Translations under genes and position numbers: made by a program
The notes under the pieces: model-generated
Databases searched by the model: none
What the model saw: only the letters and a program-made list of their open reading frames with translations
Told to the model about the DNA's origin: nothing
From: Bacilli bacterium
GTDB lineage: Bacteria > Bacillota_I > Bacilli_A > RF39 > UBA660
Assembly: GCA_017435485.1 (NCBI GenBank)
Contig: JAFSEY010000007.1
Coordinates: forward strand, 51,819 to 115,818
Reading direction: 5' to 3'
DNA: 64,000 nt
Part shown: positions 47,666 through 58,642 of the stretch, piece after piece
How positions within the stretch are numbered: position 1 is the first letter of the stretch
Layout of the letters: every line of letters starts with the position of its first letter

Positions 47666-49777
47666 TTATGTGCTTAAGGTAATTGTCAAATTATCTATAT
47701 CTTTAACATTAGTTCCTGATGGAATACTTGATGATGTAACAAAACCATATCCTTCCAAAGTATAATCAATATTTAATAAGTTACACAAATTAATTACATC
47801 ACTAGCAGAATATCCAATTATATCCGGTAATAAATAATTATCATCGTTAGTTAAAATAAATACTTTAGCTCCTTTATTGCGAGTCATATTGAATAAAGGA
47901 TACTGGTTTATTACTTTATCTCCACTTCCTAAGACAATTGGTTTTAGACTTTTTGTTTCCAATACACTAACCACATCAGGAGTGTTTTTGTTTATATAAT
48001 TATCTAAAGTAATTATTTTTGAAGAATCAACATCACTTTTTGTATTCGTAATATTAGAATATTTAGCTATTTCTTCAACCGCCTTAGTTACAACATCTGC
48101 TAAAACATTATTTTCTGTATTTACTTGTTTTACAGATACATAGAAAATATATTTAGGATCTTCATATGGAAAATATCCAGCAAAACTTTTAATGTAATCA
48201 TAACTTCCCGTTAAGTATCCACCTTTAGGTCCTGCTATTTGGGCTGTACCAGTTTTTCCAGCCATTGTTACATTGTCTGGCTGCCATGCTTTCGATAAAC
48301 CATTATAAACTACATCATACATTAAAGAATTCATTTTAGTAACAGTTGATTCACTAACCTTTTGTCCTAAATTAGTCACTTCAGTTTCAAAAGTAACTTC
48401 TCCTTCGCTATTAACTATCTTATCAACGATATATGGTTTTATCATTTGGCCATTATTAGTTAAAACAGTTAATGCTTGCAAATTTTGAATTGGAGTAGTT
48501 GTAAGTCCTTGGCCAAATGAAGCATTAGCAAGTTCTGTTTTATAATTAAAATCGATTTTACCAGCTACTTCACCATTTAATTCAAATTCAGTAATTTTAC
48601 CAAAACCCATTTTTTCATAAAATGCTCTTAATCTTTTATTACCTAATTCTAAACCCAGTTTTGTCGCAGCAACGTTGGACGAATAAGCAAAACCAACGTC
48701 ATAAGTTATTTCGCCCCATCCTTTATTGTTAAAGTCACGAATTGTATGATCAGCAACTTCAATTTTACCTGATTCAAATGTTTCTAGCCCATTATATATT
48801 CCTTCTTCCATGGCAGCCATAAAAGAATATATTTTCATCGTACTACCAGGTTCATATTGATATGAAACTAACGGATTTAAATAAGAAGATAAAGTATTTA
48901 AGTCATTTAAATTAAAGCTTGGATTTGATCCAGATGCCACAATTGCCCCCGTTTTGGCATCCATAACTGTAAATGTCATCCAATCATAATCGTAATCTTT
49001 ATCTAAATCTTTAATAGCATTTTCAACTATTATTTGGATATTATTATCAATTGTTAAAAAAATATCAGACCCACTTATTGGTTCTTCTGTATTAGACGGC
49101 GTATTAGGCATTTGATACCCATAGGCATCTTTTTGATATTCAGTGTAACCATCTATACCTTGTAATTCTTTATCAAAAGTTTTTTCAATACCCATTTCCC
49201 CAGTAATTTTACCTTCTTCATCATTTTTTGCATAACCAATAATATAAGAAGCAAAATTCCCCATTTTATAATATCTAGTTGTACTTACAATAAAATCAAT
49301 TCCGGGAAGATTTAAACTATCTATTTCTTTTTTCTTAAGTTCTGTTAAATCTCTTCCTTTTGAACCAAATTCAACTTGATAAACATCTTTTTTATTTAAG
49401 TATCCTAATATTTCTTCTTCTGATAATTCTAATACTTCCGATAACTTTTTGGCAGTCAATGCTTTATCGACTACATGCTTTGGATCAGACTCATCAGTAG
49501 TACGTGATTCTTCTAAATAGGCAATTAAAGTATAGGAATTAACTGTTTGAGCTAAAACATTGCCATTTAAATCGTAAATTGAACCACGAGAGGCATATAA
49601 AGTTTTCTTAACAGTATTTCTTCCATTAGCAAAGCTAGTTAAATTAATACCATCGACGTTACTGCTTAATGCTACGAAAGATAATTTGAAAATTATAGCA
49701 ACAAACAAAAAAACAACGATTATCATGACAAATTTATATAATCTTACCGTTGTTTTCTTGTTTTTCATCTTAGTCAC
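47666..49777 (-). CDS. pbpB: Class B PBP with two C-terminal PASTA domains (PBP2B division transpeptidase)
   Basis: TM, STMK / SSN / KTGTAQ motifs, then two PASTA repeats. Immediately downstream of ftsL. Confidence 0.8.
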   Translation of the reverse strand: MTKMKNKKTTVRLYKFVMIIVVFLFVAIIFKLSFVALSSNVDGINLTSFANGRNTVKKTLYASRGSIYDLNGNVLAQTVNSYTLIAYLEESRTTDESDPKHVVDKALTAKKLSEVLELSEEEILGYLNKKDVYQVEFGSKGRDLTELKKKEIDSLNLPGIDFIVSTTRYYKMGNFASYIIGYAKNDEEGKITGEMGIEKTFDKELQGIDGYTEYQKDAYGYQMPNTPSNTEEPISGSDIFLTIDNNIQIIVENAIKDLDKDYDYDWMTFTVMDAKTGAIVASGSNPSFNLNDLNTLSSYLNPLVSYQYEPGSTMKIYSFMAAMEEGIYNGLETFESGKIEVADHTIRDFNNKGWGEITYDVGFAYSSNVAATKLGLELGNKRLRAFYEKMGFGKITEFELNGEVAGKIDFNYKTELANASFGQGLTTTPIQNLQALTVLTNNGQMIKPYIVDKIVNSEGEVTFETEVTNLGQKVSESTVTKMNSLMYDVVYNGLSKAWQPDNVTMAGKTGTAQIAGPKGGYLTGSYDYIKSFAGYFPYEDPKYIFYVSVKQVNTENNVLADVVTKAVEEIAKYSNITNTKSDVDSSKIITLDNYINKNTPDVVSVLETKSLKPIVLGSGDKVINQYPLFNMTRNKGAKVFILTNDDNYLLPDIIGYSASDVINLCNLLNIDYTLEGYGFVTSSSIPSGTNVKDIDNLTITLST

Positions 49778-49778
49778 C

Positions 49779-50075
49779 TTATTCGTTTATACTTTTAATA
49801 TTATTATTGTTATAAGAAAGACCTAATTCATCTGCTAAAGCTTTAATATTTTCTAATGATGCAAGTTCATTTATTTGCATATTTAAGCTTTCATTAGTCT
49901 TTGCTTGTTTCTCTATTTTATTTTGTAATTTAGAAACCTCAATATTACTTTGTGATAATAGAGCTTGAGTTAAAACATTGCAAACTGGGATTGCTAAAAT
50001 AAGAAAAGCTAGTAATAAATACATTAGTTTTTCACCTTTTAAAAATTTTAGTTTTTTTGTTTTAGCTCTAGTCAT
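49779..50075 (-). CDS. ftsL: Cell division protein FtsL
   Basis: 98 aa, bitopic, one TM plus a coiled-coil periplasmic part, located between rsmH and pbpB. Confidence 0.6.
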   Translation of the reverse strand: MTRAKTKKLKFLKGEKLMYLLLAFLILAIPVCNVLTQALLSQSNIEVSKLQNKIEKQAKTNESLNMQINELASLENIKALADELGLSYNNNNIKSINE

Positions 50076-50078
50076 AAT

Positions 50079-50999
50079 TTATACCCTTTCAATTACTCTT
50101 AATTTAGCACTATTACTTCTTCTATTCTCTTCTAATTCTTTATTAGATGGTAATATTGGTTTTTTATTTATTAATTTAATTAAAGGCTTATACTCATCAG
50201 GAATTACTGGTAAACCCTTAACTATTTCATCTGTTTCACTATATTGTTTGAAAATATGCTTTACAATTCTATCTTCCAAAGAGTGGAATGTTATAACACA
50301 TATTCTGCCGCCAGGTTTTAACATTTTAATTGCTTCTGGCAAAGCTTTTTCAATTACTTTTAATTCTTCATTAACTTCAATTCTAATTGCTTGAAAAATT
50401 TGTCTTTCCGGGTGTTTTTCATTAAAGTATTTAGCACCCACTGCCCTTTTGATCACTTCAACAAGTTCTGTAGTTGTTTCGATTTTTTTATCTTGACGAT
50501 AAAAAACTATTTTTCTAGCTATTACTTTAGATAATTTTTCTTCTCCATATTTAAAGAAAATATCAGTCAACTCGTCTTGCGAATAATTATTAACTACTTC
50601 GTAAGCACTTTTTTCTTTCGTATTATCCATACGCATGTCAAGTTTTCCTTCACGCATGAAAGAAAAACCTCGTTCACTATTATCAATTTGAGGTGAAGAA
50701 ATCCCTAAATCAAATAGAAAACCATCGACAAGTCCAATGTTATCATTTTCTAAATTTTCTTTTAAGTTAGAAAAATTATCATGAAATATTTTAAAGTTAG
50801 AAGATATTTCACTTAAACGGCGCTGAGCAAAATCTATGGCTTCTTGGTCAGCATCAAAGGCGAATAGAAAACCCCTTTTCAAACGCTTTAATATTTCTTG
50901 GCTATGTCCTGCATAACCGACGGTCGCATCTACGTATACCCCATCTTCTTTGATGGCTAAATTTTCAATTACTTCATTTAATAAAACACTATAATGCAT
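50079..50999 (-). CDS. rsmH: 16S rRNA (cytosine1402-N4)-methyltransferase RsmH (MraW)
   Basis: MHYSVLLNEV...YVDATVGYAGHS...FDLGISSPQID. Confidence 0.9.
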   Translation of the reverse strand: MHYSVLLNEVIENLAIKEDGVYVDATVGYAGHSQEILKRLKRGFLFAFDADQEAIDFAQRRLSEISSNFKIFHDNFSNLKENLENDNIGLVDGFLFDLGISSPQIDNSERGFSFMREGKLDMRMDNTKEKSAYEVVNNYSQDELTDIFFKYGEEKLSKVIARKIVFYRQDKKIETTTELVEVIKRAVGAKYFNEKHPERQIFQAIRIEVNEELKVIEKALPEAIKMLKPGGRICVITFHSLEDRIVKHIFKQYSETDEIVKGLPVIPDEYKPLIKLINKKPILPSNKELEENRRSNSAKLRVIERV

Positions 51000-51433
51000 T
51001 ATAAATCAAAATCCGTAAATAAGTTTTCAGCAATATCTTCTAATTTAGAAGAATTGTCCTCTAAAAATTCATCCCAAGAAGACTCGCTCCATATTTCAAG
51101 TCGATCGTTAGCGCCGATTATAACACACTCTTTGGTTAAACCGGCGTAACTTTGTAAGGGAGATACGACATTGATTCGACCTTGTTTATCGAATTCACAT
51201 TCAGCAGCACCAGAAAAGAAGCTTCTTATAAATGTACGGGCATCTTTTTTTGTAAATGGTAAGCTTTTAAGTTTGCTTACAATATTATTCCATTCAGCTT
51301 CAGAATAAACATAAAGACATTTTTCTAAGCCACGAGTAATAATAAATTTTTCACCAAGTTCACTACGAAACTTGTTAGGAATTACTAATCTTCCTTTTTC
51401 ATCAATATTATGATGAAATTCACCCATGAACAT
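50999..51433 (-). CDS. mraZ: Transcriptional regulator MraZ
   Basis: Start set at MFMGEFHHNIDEKGRLVIPNKFR; two MraZ half-domains. The track ORF (start 51466) adds 11 spurious residues. Confidence 0.85.
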   Translation of the reverse strand: MFMGEFHHNIDEKGRLVIPNKFRSELGEKFIITRGLEKCLYVYSEAEWNNIVSKLKSLPFTKKDARTFIRSFFSGAAECEFDKQGRINVVSPLQSYAGLTKECVIIGANDRLEIWSESSWDEFLEDNSSKLEDIAENLFTDFDL

Positions 51434-51603
51434 TTTAATCCCCCACTTTCTGCCACAGCATGCCACTGTCTACCATTATATTAATATAATCTAATTCAAA
51501 AGTAAATTATTTTTCTAAAAAAATTACCCCTTTACGTAAAATTTACAGACATTTTTTCTTGTTAAAAAATTATAATTACGTATAATATAAATGAGGTAAA
51601 AAT

Positions 51604-52083
51604 ATGAAAGTAATCCATAATATTGAACCAATTTATAACCAGAAATCACAAATATTAATTTTAGGTTCGATACCAAGTAAAATATCAAGAGAAAATAATT
51701 TTTATTATGCCAACCCTACAAATAGATTTTGGAAAATTATAGGTAATATTTTTAATGTTGAATTAAAAGATAACAATGATAAAAGAGAATTCCTATTAAA
51801 AAATCATATTGCATTATGGGATGTAATCAAATCATGTGATATAAATGGTTCAGCAGATGCTAGTATTAAAAACGTCGTTGTAAATGACATAGATTTAATA
51901 ATTAAAAATAGTCAAATAAAAAATATATATTGTACAGGAAAGATATCTCATAAGTTATTTATAAAGTACTTCCCTCAATATATATCAATAACCACTCTTT
52001 TACCTAGTCCATCTAGTGCTAATGCTACTTATAGTTTAGAAAGATTAATAAGAGAATATGAAAATGTAAAATTGAATATCTAA
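51604..52083 (+). CDS. Uracil-DNA glycosylase superfamily protein (hypoxanthine/deoxyinosine DNA glycosylase-like)
   Basis: LILGSIPS...YYANPTNRFW and LPSPSSAN motifs of the small UDG-fold family. Confidence 0.45.
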   Translation: MKVIHNIEPIYNQKSQILILGSIPSKISRENNFYYANPTNRFWKIIGNIFNVELKDNNDKREFLLKNHIALWDVIKSCDINGSADASIKNVVVNDIDLIIKNSQIKNIYCTGKISHKLFIKYFPQYISITTLLPSPSSANATYSLERLIREYENVKLNI

Positions 52084-52119
52084 AAAATCACCAATTTTTT
52101 CTTGGTGATTTTAATTTTG

Positions 52120-54651
52120 TTAATTATTTAGTAGTGCTTCTAAATTTTCAATTTCTTCTGCTAATTTTTGTCTTTCTTGTTCAACTAAATTAGATGGTGC
52201 TTTACTGACATAGTTTTCATTAGCCAAAAGATTTTTTCTTCTTTCGATACTCATCTTTAAACTTTCTATTTGTTTTGCTAGAATCTCTTCATCTTCTTTA
52301 GTTATTTCTTTTTCAAAGAAGATTGAAATATTTAGATTATTTACTTTTACAATATATTCCTTTTTAGTTTCTTTTTCAGAGATAATTTTATCTTCAAATT
52401 TTAACATTTTAGCTACAAAGCTATAATCGTAATCATTATTTAAACAAACTTTATAATCTTTTGTTATATTATTTTCTGCTTTTATATTTCTAAATAAAGT
52501 AATGAAATTAATTATATCATCCACTTCTTTTTTAGCATCATTAAAGATAAATTCTTTATCATATTTAGGATAGCTACTTATCATAATGTTTTCACTATTT
52601 TTAAGCGGTAATTTGTCATATAATTCATCAGTTACATAAGGCATGAATGGATGTAATAATTTTAAAATAGTTTTTAATACTCTTAATAAAACTGATTTGG
52701 TAGAATCATTCATGTTATATTTAGCAAATTCAATATATGAATCGCAAAAATCATTCCAAATAAATGAATATAATTCTGTTCCAACAACATTAAATTCATA
52801 TTTTTCCATATGTTTAGTTACAACATCAATAGTTTCATTCATTCTAGTTAAAATCCATTTATCATAAATATTTAGATTATCTAAACGATAATTTTGTTTA
52901 TCTAAATCTTCAATATTTAATAAAACGAATCTTGAAGCATTCCATAATTTATTAATAAAGTTCCATGATGATTTTACTTTTTCTTCATCGTATCTTAAAT
53001 CCATTCCTGGAGCAGATGATGTTGTTAAGAAGTATCTTAAAGCGTCATTTCCATATGATTCAATAACATCCATTGGATCAACACCATTACCTAATGATTT
53101 ACTCATTTTTCTTCCTTGGTTATCTCTAATAAGTCCGTGGATTAAACAATCTTTAAATGGACGTTTATCTAAGAAGTGTAATCCTTGGAATGTCATTCTA
53201 TTAACCCAGAATGGAATAATATCATACCCAGTTACTAAAACGTTAGTTGGATAATATCTTTCTAGTAATTCTGTGTTGTTTGGCCATCCAAGAGTACTAA
53301 ATGGCCATAACGCACTACTAAACCAAGTATCTAATACATCTTCATCTTGTACCCATCCTTCACCTTCTGGCGCTGTCTTACCAACATAGATTTCATCACC
53401 TTTATACCAAGCAGGGATTCGGTGTCCCCACCATAATTGACGAGAGATACACCAGTCATATGTTATCTCCATCCAGTGATTCATTATTTTTTCAAATCTT
53501 TCAGGAACGAAGTTTACTTTAGCTTTTTTATCTTGTTGCGTTTCTAATACTCGATCCGCAAGTGGTCTCATTTTAACAAACCATTGTTTAGATAAATATG
53601 GTTCAACCATAACATCAGTTCTTTCAGAATGACCAACATTATGAGTTATTTCTTCAATTTCAATTAATAAATCTGCTGCTTGTAGATCTTTAACTAAAGC
53701 TTCACGGCATTCTTCTCTAGTCATACCTTCATATTTACCAGCATTAGCATTCATTGTAGCATCCGGATTCATTACCACAATTTTTTCTAAGTTGTGACGC
53801 ATGCCTACTTCGTAGTCATTTGGGTCATGAGCTGGAGTTATTTTAACAACACCAGTTCCAAATTCTGGATCAGCATGATAATCAGCTATAATTGGAATTA
53901 ATTTATTAACGATTGGTAAGATAACATTTTTACCTATTAAATCTTTATATCTTTCATCTTTAGGATTTACCGCAACTGCTGTATCACCAAATAATGTTTC
54001 TGGTCTAGTTGTGGCAACTTCTAAATATTTATCAGTTCCTTCAATAAAGTATTTTAAATGATAGAAAGCCCCTTTAACATCTTTATAAATAACTTCTTCA
54101 TTAGATAAAGCGGTCATTGCTTGAGGATCCCAATTGATGATTCTTTCGCCACGATAGATTAATCCTTCATTATATAATCTAACAAATACTTCATTTACAG
54201 CTTGGTTTAATCCTTCATCCAAAGTAAATCTTTCTTTTGAATAAGCTAAACTAAGTCCTAATTTAGCCCATTGATTATGGATGTTTTCAGCATACTCATG
54301 TTTCCACTTCCAAGCTTCTTCTAACCACTTTTCCCGATCCATTTCTCTTGGATTAATTCCTTCACTTTTTAACTTTGCATCAATTTTAGCTTGAGTAGCA
54401 ATCCCAGCATGATCCATACCAGGAAGCCAAAAAGCATCATAGCCTTGCATTCTTTTAAATCTAATAATAATATCTTGTAAAGCTGTATCCCAAGCGTGTC
54501 CTAAATGTAATTTACCCGTTACATTTGGAGGCGGAATTACAATACAAAATGGTAATCTCTTTTTATCAAAAGATTCAAAATACCCTTTTTCCTTCCAATT
54601 ATTATATTTACCTTCTTCAACTATTTTATGATTATATTTTTTATCTAACAT
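52120..54651 (-). CDS. valS: Valyl-tRNA synthetase
   Basis: Class I aaRS: HIGH ([13 protein letters not shown]), KMSKS, editing domain, C-terminal coiled coil. Start set at MLDKKYN (ATG 54651, SD AAAGGATGG) rather than 54690, which lies inside the leader terminator. Confidence 0.9.
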   Translation of the reverse strand: MLDKKYNHKIVEEGKYNNWKEKGYFESFDKKRLPFCIVIPPPNVTGKLHLGHAWDTALQDIIIRFKRMQGYDAFWLPGMDHAGIATQAKIDAKLKSEGINPREMDREKWLEEAWKWKHEYAENIHNQWAKLGLSLAYSKERFTLDEGLNQAVNEVFVRLYNEGLIYRGERIINWDPQAMTALSNEEVIYKDVKGAFYHLKYFIEGTDKYLEVATTRPETLFGDTAVAVNPKDERYKDLIGKNVILPIVNKLIPIIADYHADPEFGTGVVKITPAHDPNDYEVGMRHNLEKIVVMNPDATMNANAGKYEGMTREECREALVKDLQAADLLIEIEEITHNVGHSERTDVMVEPYLSKQWFVKMRPLADRVLETQQDKKAKVNFVPERFEKIMNHWMEITYDWCISRQLWWGHRIPAWYKGDEIYVGKTAPEGEGWVQDEDVLDTWFSSALWPFSTLGWPNNTELLERYYPTNVLVTGYDIIPFWVNRMTFQGLHFLDKRPFKDCLIHGLIRDNQGRKMSKSLGNGVDPMDVIESYGNDALRYFLTTSSAPGMDLRYDEEKVKSSWNFINKLWNASRFVLLNIEDLDKQNYRLDNLNIYDKWILTRMNETIDVVTKHMEKYEFNVVGTELYSFIWNDFCDSYIEFAKYNMNDSTKSVLLRVLKTILKLLHPFMPYVTDELYDKLPLKNSENIMISSYPKYDKEFIFNDAKKEVDDIINFITLFRNIKAENNITKDYKVCLNNDYDYSFVAKMLKFEDKIISEKETKKEYIVKVNNLNISIFFEKEITKEDEEILAKQIESLKMSIERRKNLLANENYVSKAPSNLVEQERQKLAEEIENLEALLNN

Positions 54652-54664
54652 AAAACCATCCTTT

Positions 54665-54905
54665 CTAAATAAAAAAAACATCCATCCCAAAGGACGAATG
54701 TTATCGTGGTACCACCTTATTTTTTTCTTAAAGTCTTAATGCGACTAACATTATATCTTACTAGCTATTCAGATATACAACTCCCAAGCTACCTTCAATA
54801 ATTATCATCATTAGTTTACACCAACCACTAACTCTCTATAGTAAATTAATTATTTACTCCTCTTGTTCTTCGTTTTTACACGATTATTTTATCAAAGTTT
54901 AATTT
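54665..54905 (-). promoter_or_regulatory. T-box riboswitch leader of valS
   Basis: Minus strand carries the T-box consensus AAGGTGGTACCACGATAA, then terminator CATTCGTCC-TTTG-GGATGGATG + UUUUUUUU. Stem-I segment AGAGAGTTAGTGGTTGGTG lies upstream. Confidence 0.7.
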
Positions 54906-54910
54906 TTATT

Positions 54911-55759
54911 TCAATCATTTTCTTGAACACTTAGTTCAATAGATTTTAATAATTCATCACCAGCATAAAACTCAATAGTTGAATCAGTCAATTTATGAGT
55001 AATCATTTTATCACCAGCATAGTAGAAATTCCCTCTTATATTTGTTTTAAAATTATCTTCTAATTTATCAAATTGATAAATATAGTAATTATAGTTTCTT
55101 TTTAATAAAACTAATTTAGAAAAAAGCGCTAATTCTTTATCTCCAATTGTTTCCAAATATTCTTTATTTTGATAATCGTATAATTTATCAAAATCATCAC
55201 CACTTACAATAACCAACTCTTCATTAAAATCTTTTATTTTTAATTCGCTGGAAAATAACTCATTTTGCCCTTGATAAATCCCCCATTTATTATCTTTTAA
55301 AACTATAAACCTATTATTTTTAAATTCCAAATCATTAAAATTACAGTCTAATAAATTGTTAACTGTAGTTCCAACACTTATTGCTCCCCACAAGCCATTT
55401 TGACTAACTTTGAAAACATTATCCATCAAACTTCGAACATCATCATATGTCTTTAAATTTTCTCCTGAAGTTATCTCATACAAATAAATTTTTTTATCAT
55501 CTTTAATAAAAGTATATTTACTATTTATAATTGATGATTTACTATTACTATTAATAGCATAATCACAATTATCACTAAGACAACTATATGTTCCTAATAA
55601 TTTATCATTCTCATAAAAATACAACTTATTATTAAACTTAAATTCATGATTTAAATTAGCTGTTGTTTTTATGTGCATATACGTTCCATATATACTACAA
55701 GGAATAAAAATTATTAAAAAAATTATAATTGAATAAAAAGTATACTTATTCTTCTCCAT
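54911..55759 (-). CDS. Hypothetical N-anchored protein with WG-repeat-like motifs
   Basis: TM, then repeats of the GLWGAI / NKWGIYQG type. Confidence 0.3.
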   Translation of the reverse strand: MEKNKYTFYSIIIFLIIFIPCSIYGTYMHIKTTANLNHEFKFNNKLYFYENDKLLGTYSCLSDNCDYAINSNSKSSIINSKYTFIKDDKKIYLYEITSGENLKTYDDVRSLMDNVFKVSQNGLWGAISVGTTVNNLLDCNFNDLEFKNNRFIVLKDNKWGIYQGQNELFSSELKIKDFNEELVIVSGDDFDKLYDYQNKEYLETIGDKELALFSKLVLLKRNYNYYIYQFDKLEDNFKTNIRGNFYYAGDKMITHKLTDSTIEFYAGDELLKSIELSVQEND

Positions 55760-57815
55760 TATTTTCCTCCTTCACAAAAAGTATTCTATCATATGTCTTA
55801 TCTTCTTTATAAATAGTAACTCCACTACTATCTATCGCATAAGCATTATCATAATCTTTCAATTTTAATTCTACATCTTTAATCAACACCGTTTTATCAT
55901 ATGAACTTACCGTTAATTTATTATCCTTAATTGCTACATAATTATTTTCATATAATGCAATATAATCATAAGATTCGTTTGTTATTTCATTTCCTAAAAA
56001 ATCAAATAACCGGAATTTAGTATTATCAATTGTTTTTACAAAATTTTTATAGTAATCTACAATTTTATAACTATACTCTTTCGTTATAAAATTTTTATTA
56101 CTATCCATAAGCGCATAGGTTCCACTAGATCTATTAATTAAATAATAATCTTTTAATTTTTCAATTTTAGCATTAGAAAAATCTAATAAAGAATATACGC
56201 CCTCTTTAGTAATTGAAATCATTCCATATTTATTTTTCTTAGCACTAAGAGCCATTATATTTAACTTCTCTGTATCATAGAACGTTAATGATAATTTTCC
56301 AGTATAAATCCCAGCATCAACACTTAAATAAGTACTTAGAGTTTTTTTATCCACCAAATCATATAAAACTATTGAGTTGTTCGTAATGTCTAAAACATCT
56401 TTTATAAATACATATCTATTATTAATTAATGGTAAATAACCTAAAACTTGATTTGTTATAGTATCGCTAGAATAATAACTTTCTGTTGCTAAATAACAAT
56501 TTTCTAATGTAGAATTTTCATCAACAATTATATTTTTATTTTTACAAGGATAAGTGCCGATTAATGTTTGCTTTTCCTCATCACTATAGAAATACAATTT
56601 TCCATCAATATATGATACATAATTTAACTTATTATTAACTATTGATTCTAAAATATTAATCTCATAATTTTTCTCTTTTTCATTATTAATAGTTATTATA
56701 TTAATTATTTTGTCATTTATATCAATATCTGCCGCATACTTAATCTCTAACATTTTATCATTTTCATCGTAAATATACGTCTTGTTATAATATGTATTTG
56801 TTAATTTAATACCATCCATATTCAAATATTTTTCGTTTGCATCAACTATATAAAGTAATTTATCCTTGATAATACCCATATAATTTTCAATTAAATATAT
56901 ATATTCATAATTTTCTTTCAATACTTTATTCCCTTTATAATCATAAACAGAGTAAGTATTATCTAAATCCTTTACTTTGAGATAATTATCGTTATATCCA
57001 ACAATTCTATTATCTATCGGTTTACTTAGTCTTTCTTCCTTTTGGTTTATTAAAAAATATTTATCATTTATTTTAGCAATAATATTTTCCAACCGTTGAA
57101 CACTTTTATCACTTATCGCTAAATATTCATAATCAAATTTTATAATTTGAGATATACCATTTTCAGTAATTTGAATTAATCCATATGCTCCCTCAGTATT
57201 TACAACAATATAATATGAATCATTATTAATTGCTTTCTTTACTAAAGCATATGTTTCTTCAACTTTTTTTTCTTTAATATTATACAGTCTAATTATACTA
57301 TCTTTATCACTATCATTATCATAAATAAAAACATAAGTATCATTTACAATTGGGGTTTGAGTATTTAAGTTTTTTCCATTTTCATAAACATATTTTGTTT
57401 CATCTAAATCATCTTCATTAACATTATATGCTACATAACATTTTTCATTTTCTTTGTTTTTACACTCGTATTTTCCAATTTCTTCTTCATTATCATTTAA
57501 TAAAATTAAATTACCATCTTCAAAACGATAATTTTTATTTTCAATAACTATCTTTGGCTCTTCAGATTGCTTTATAATTTTTTTATTATCTTCTTTACAA
57601 AGAAATATTATTCCTACAACTAAAACCACTATCAGTAACACAATTAAACAAATAATTAAAATCTTCTGTTTTTTTGAAAACATATTCCATCTATTTTTCA
57701 AGCTCATTTTTCCATTTATCCTTTTGGGATTATTATTAACTTCTTTTTGGTTTCCTTGTTCGTTATTTTCTTCAATCAAATCAAATATTTTAGTATCCTC
57801 ATCTTTATAGCTCAT
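55746..57815 (-). CDS. Hypothetical bitopic membrane protein with a large repetitive extracytoplasmic beta-rich domain (WG-repeat-like)
   Basis: Cytoplasmic N-terminus, TM (ILIICLIVLLIVVLVVGIIFL), ~600 aa of Tyr/Asn/Lys-rich repeats. Overlaps the downstream gene by 14 nt. Confidence 0.3.
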   Translation of the reverse strand: MSYKDEDTKIFDLIEENNEQGNQKEVNNNPKRINGKMSLKNRWNMFSKKQKILIICLIVLLIVVLVVGIIFLCKEDNKKIIKQSEEPKIVIENKNYRFEDGNLILLNDNEEEIGKYECKNKENEKCYVAYNVNEDDLDETKYVYENGKNLNTQTPIVNDTYVFIYDNDSDKDSIIRLYNIKEKKVEETYALVKKAINNDSYYIVVNTEGAYGLIQITENGISQIIKFDYEYLAISDKSVQRLENIIAKINDKYFLINQKEERLSKPIDNRIVGYNDNYLKVKDLDNTYSVYDYKGNKVLKENYEYIYLIENYMGIIKDKLLYIVDANEKYLNMDGIKLTNTYYNKTYIYDENDKMLEIKYAADIDINDKIINIITINNEKEKNYEINILESIVNNKLNYVSYIDGKLYFYSDEEKQTLIGTYPCKNKNIIVDENSTLENCYLATESYYSSDTITNQVLGYLPLINNRYVFIKDVLDITNNSIVLYDLVDKKTLSTYLSVDAGIYTGKLSLTFYDTEKLNIMALSAKKNKYGMISITKEGVYSLLDFSNAKIEKLKDYYLINRSSGTYALMDSNKNFITKEYSYKIVDYYKNFVKTIDNTKFRLFDFLGNEITNESYDYIALYENNYVAIKDNKLTVSSYDKTVLIKDVELKLKDYDNAYAIDSSGVTIYKEDKTYDRILFVKEENNGEE

Positions 57816-57889
57816 CTAAATCACATCCTTAATATTCTAATTAATTATAACATAATAAACAATAAAAAAACACTTATTTTTTTTAAGTG

Positions 57890-58576
57890 TTAATCATTGC
57901 TTGATGTTGAAACCTTTGAATTAGTTCTTATTCTAGTCTCTCCAAGGTTTTCTTTAGGAACCATTGCTAACAATTCTTCATCAGTTAATTCCCAATAAGC
58001 TAATGGATTTTTCCAATCCGGATAAATTTCCGTTGCTGCAGCTTTAAGTTTATCTTGTAAAGTTCCCATTTGAGAAGCAATATACAAGGCGCTTCCTATT
58101 TCTGTATTAACAGATCCAAAAGAAATTAATTTTGAATTTTCTGTTCCAATATAAATTTCTTGCATTGTCCCATGCATAATAGTATGCAATCCTAATCTTT
58201 TAGCCAATAAAATTGATGACCCCATTTTATTTCCGGTATTAATTAAAAAACTTCCTCTTTTGATATTTGTTTCGTCAAAAAAGTCAATATTTACAATCTG
58301 TTGGCAGCTAAAACTATCTTTGTGAAAATTTCTTTTACTACCATCATTTGTTTTACTAGTATGATTTTTTTCTGATACTACAATAGCTGTATAATTTTCC
58401 GGAAGGATTACTTTAACTAGCTTCTCATTATCTTCACATGGACTAATTGTAAAACCCATCTTTGTTAAAGATTCTTCTATGTTTTTTATTCCTATTTTTG
58501 ACACTATTTGTTCTCTAACATCTTCATTATTTGCCATTTTTGTCAACTCCATTTCAACGTTTGTATACTTTAACAT
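57890..58576 (-). CDS. Hypothetical protein downstream of spoIVA
   Basis: 228 aa, soluble, no recognisable motif. Same strand as spoIVA, 66-bp gap. Confidence 0.3.
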   Translation of the reverse strand: MLKYTNVEMELTKMANNEDVREQIVSKIGIKNIEESLTKMGFTISPCEDNEKLVKVILPENYTAIVVSEKNHTSKTNDGSKRNFHKDSFSCQQIVNIDFFDETNIKRGSFLINTGNKMGSSILLAKRLGLHTIMHGTMQEIYIGTENSKLISFGSVNTEIGSALYIASQMGTLQDKLKAAATEIYPDWKNPLAYWELTDEELLAMVPKENLGETRIRTNSKVSTSSND

Positions 58577-58642
58577 AACTTTTACACCATTGTCAACAAA
58601 AAGTGCTGCTATTTAAAAATTTGTAAGAAAATACTTACAAAT

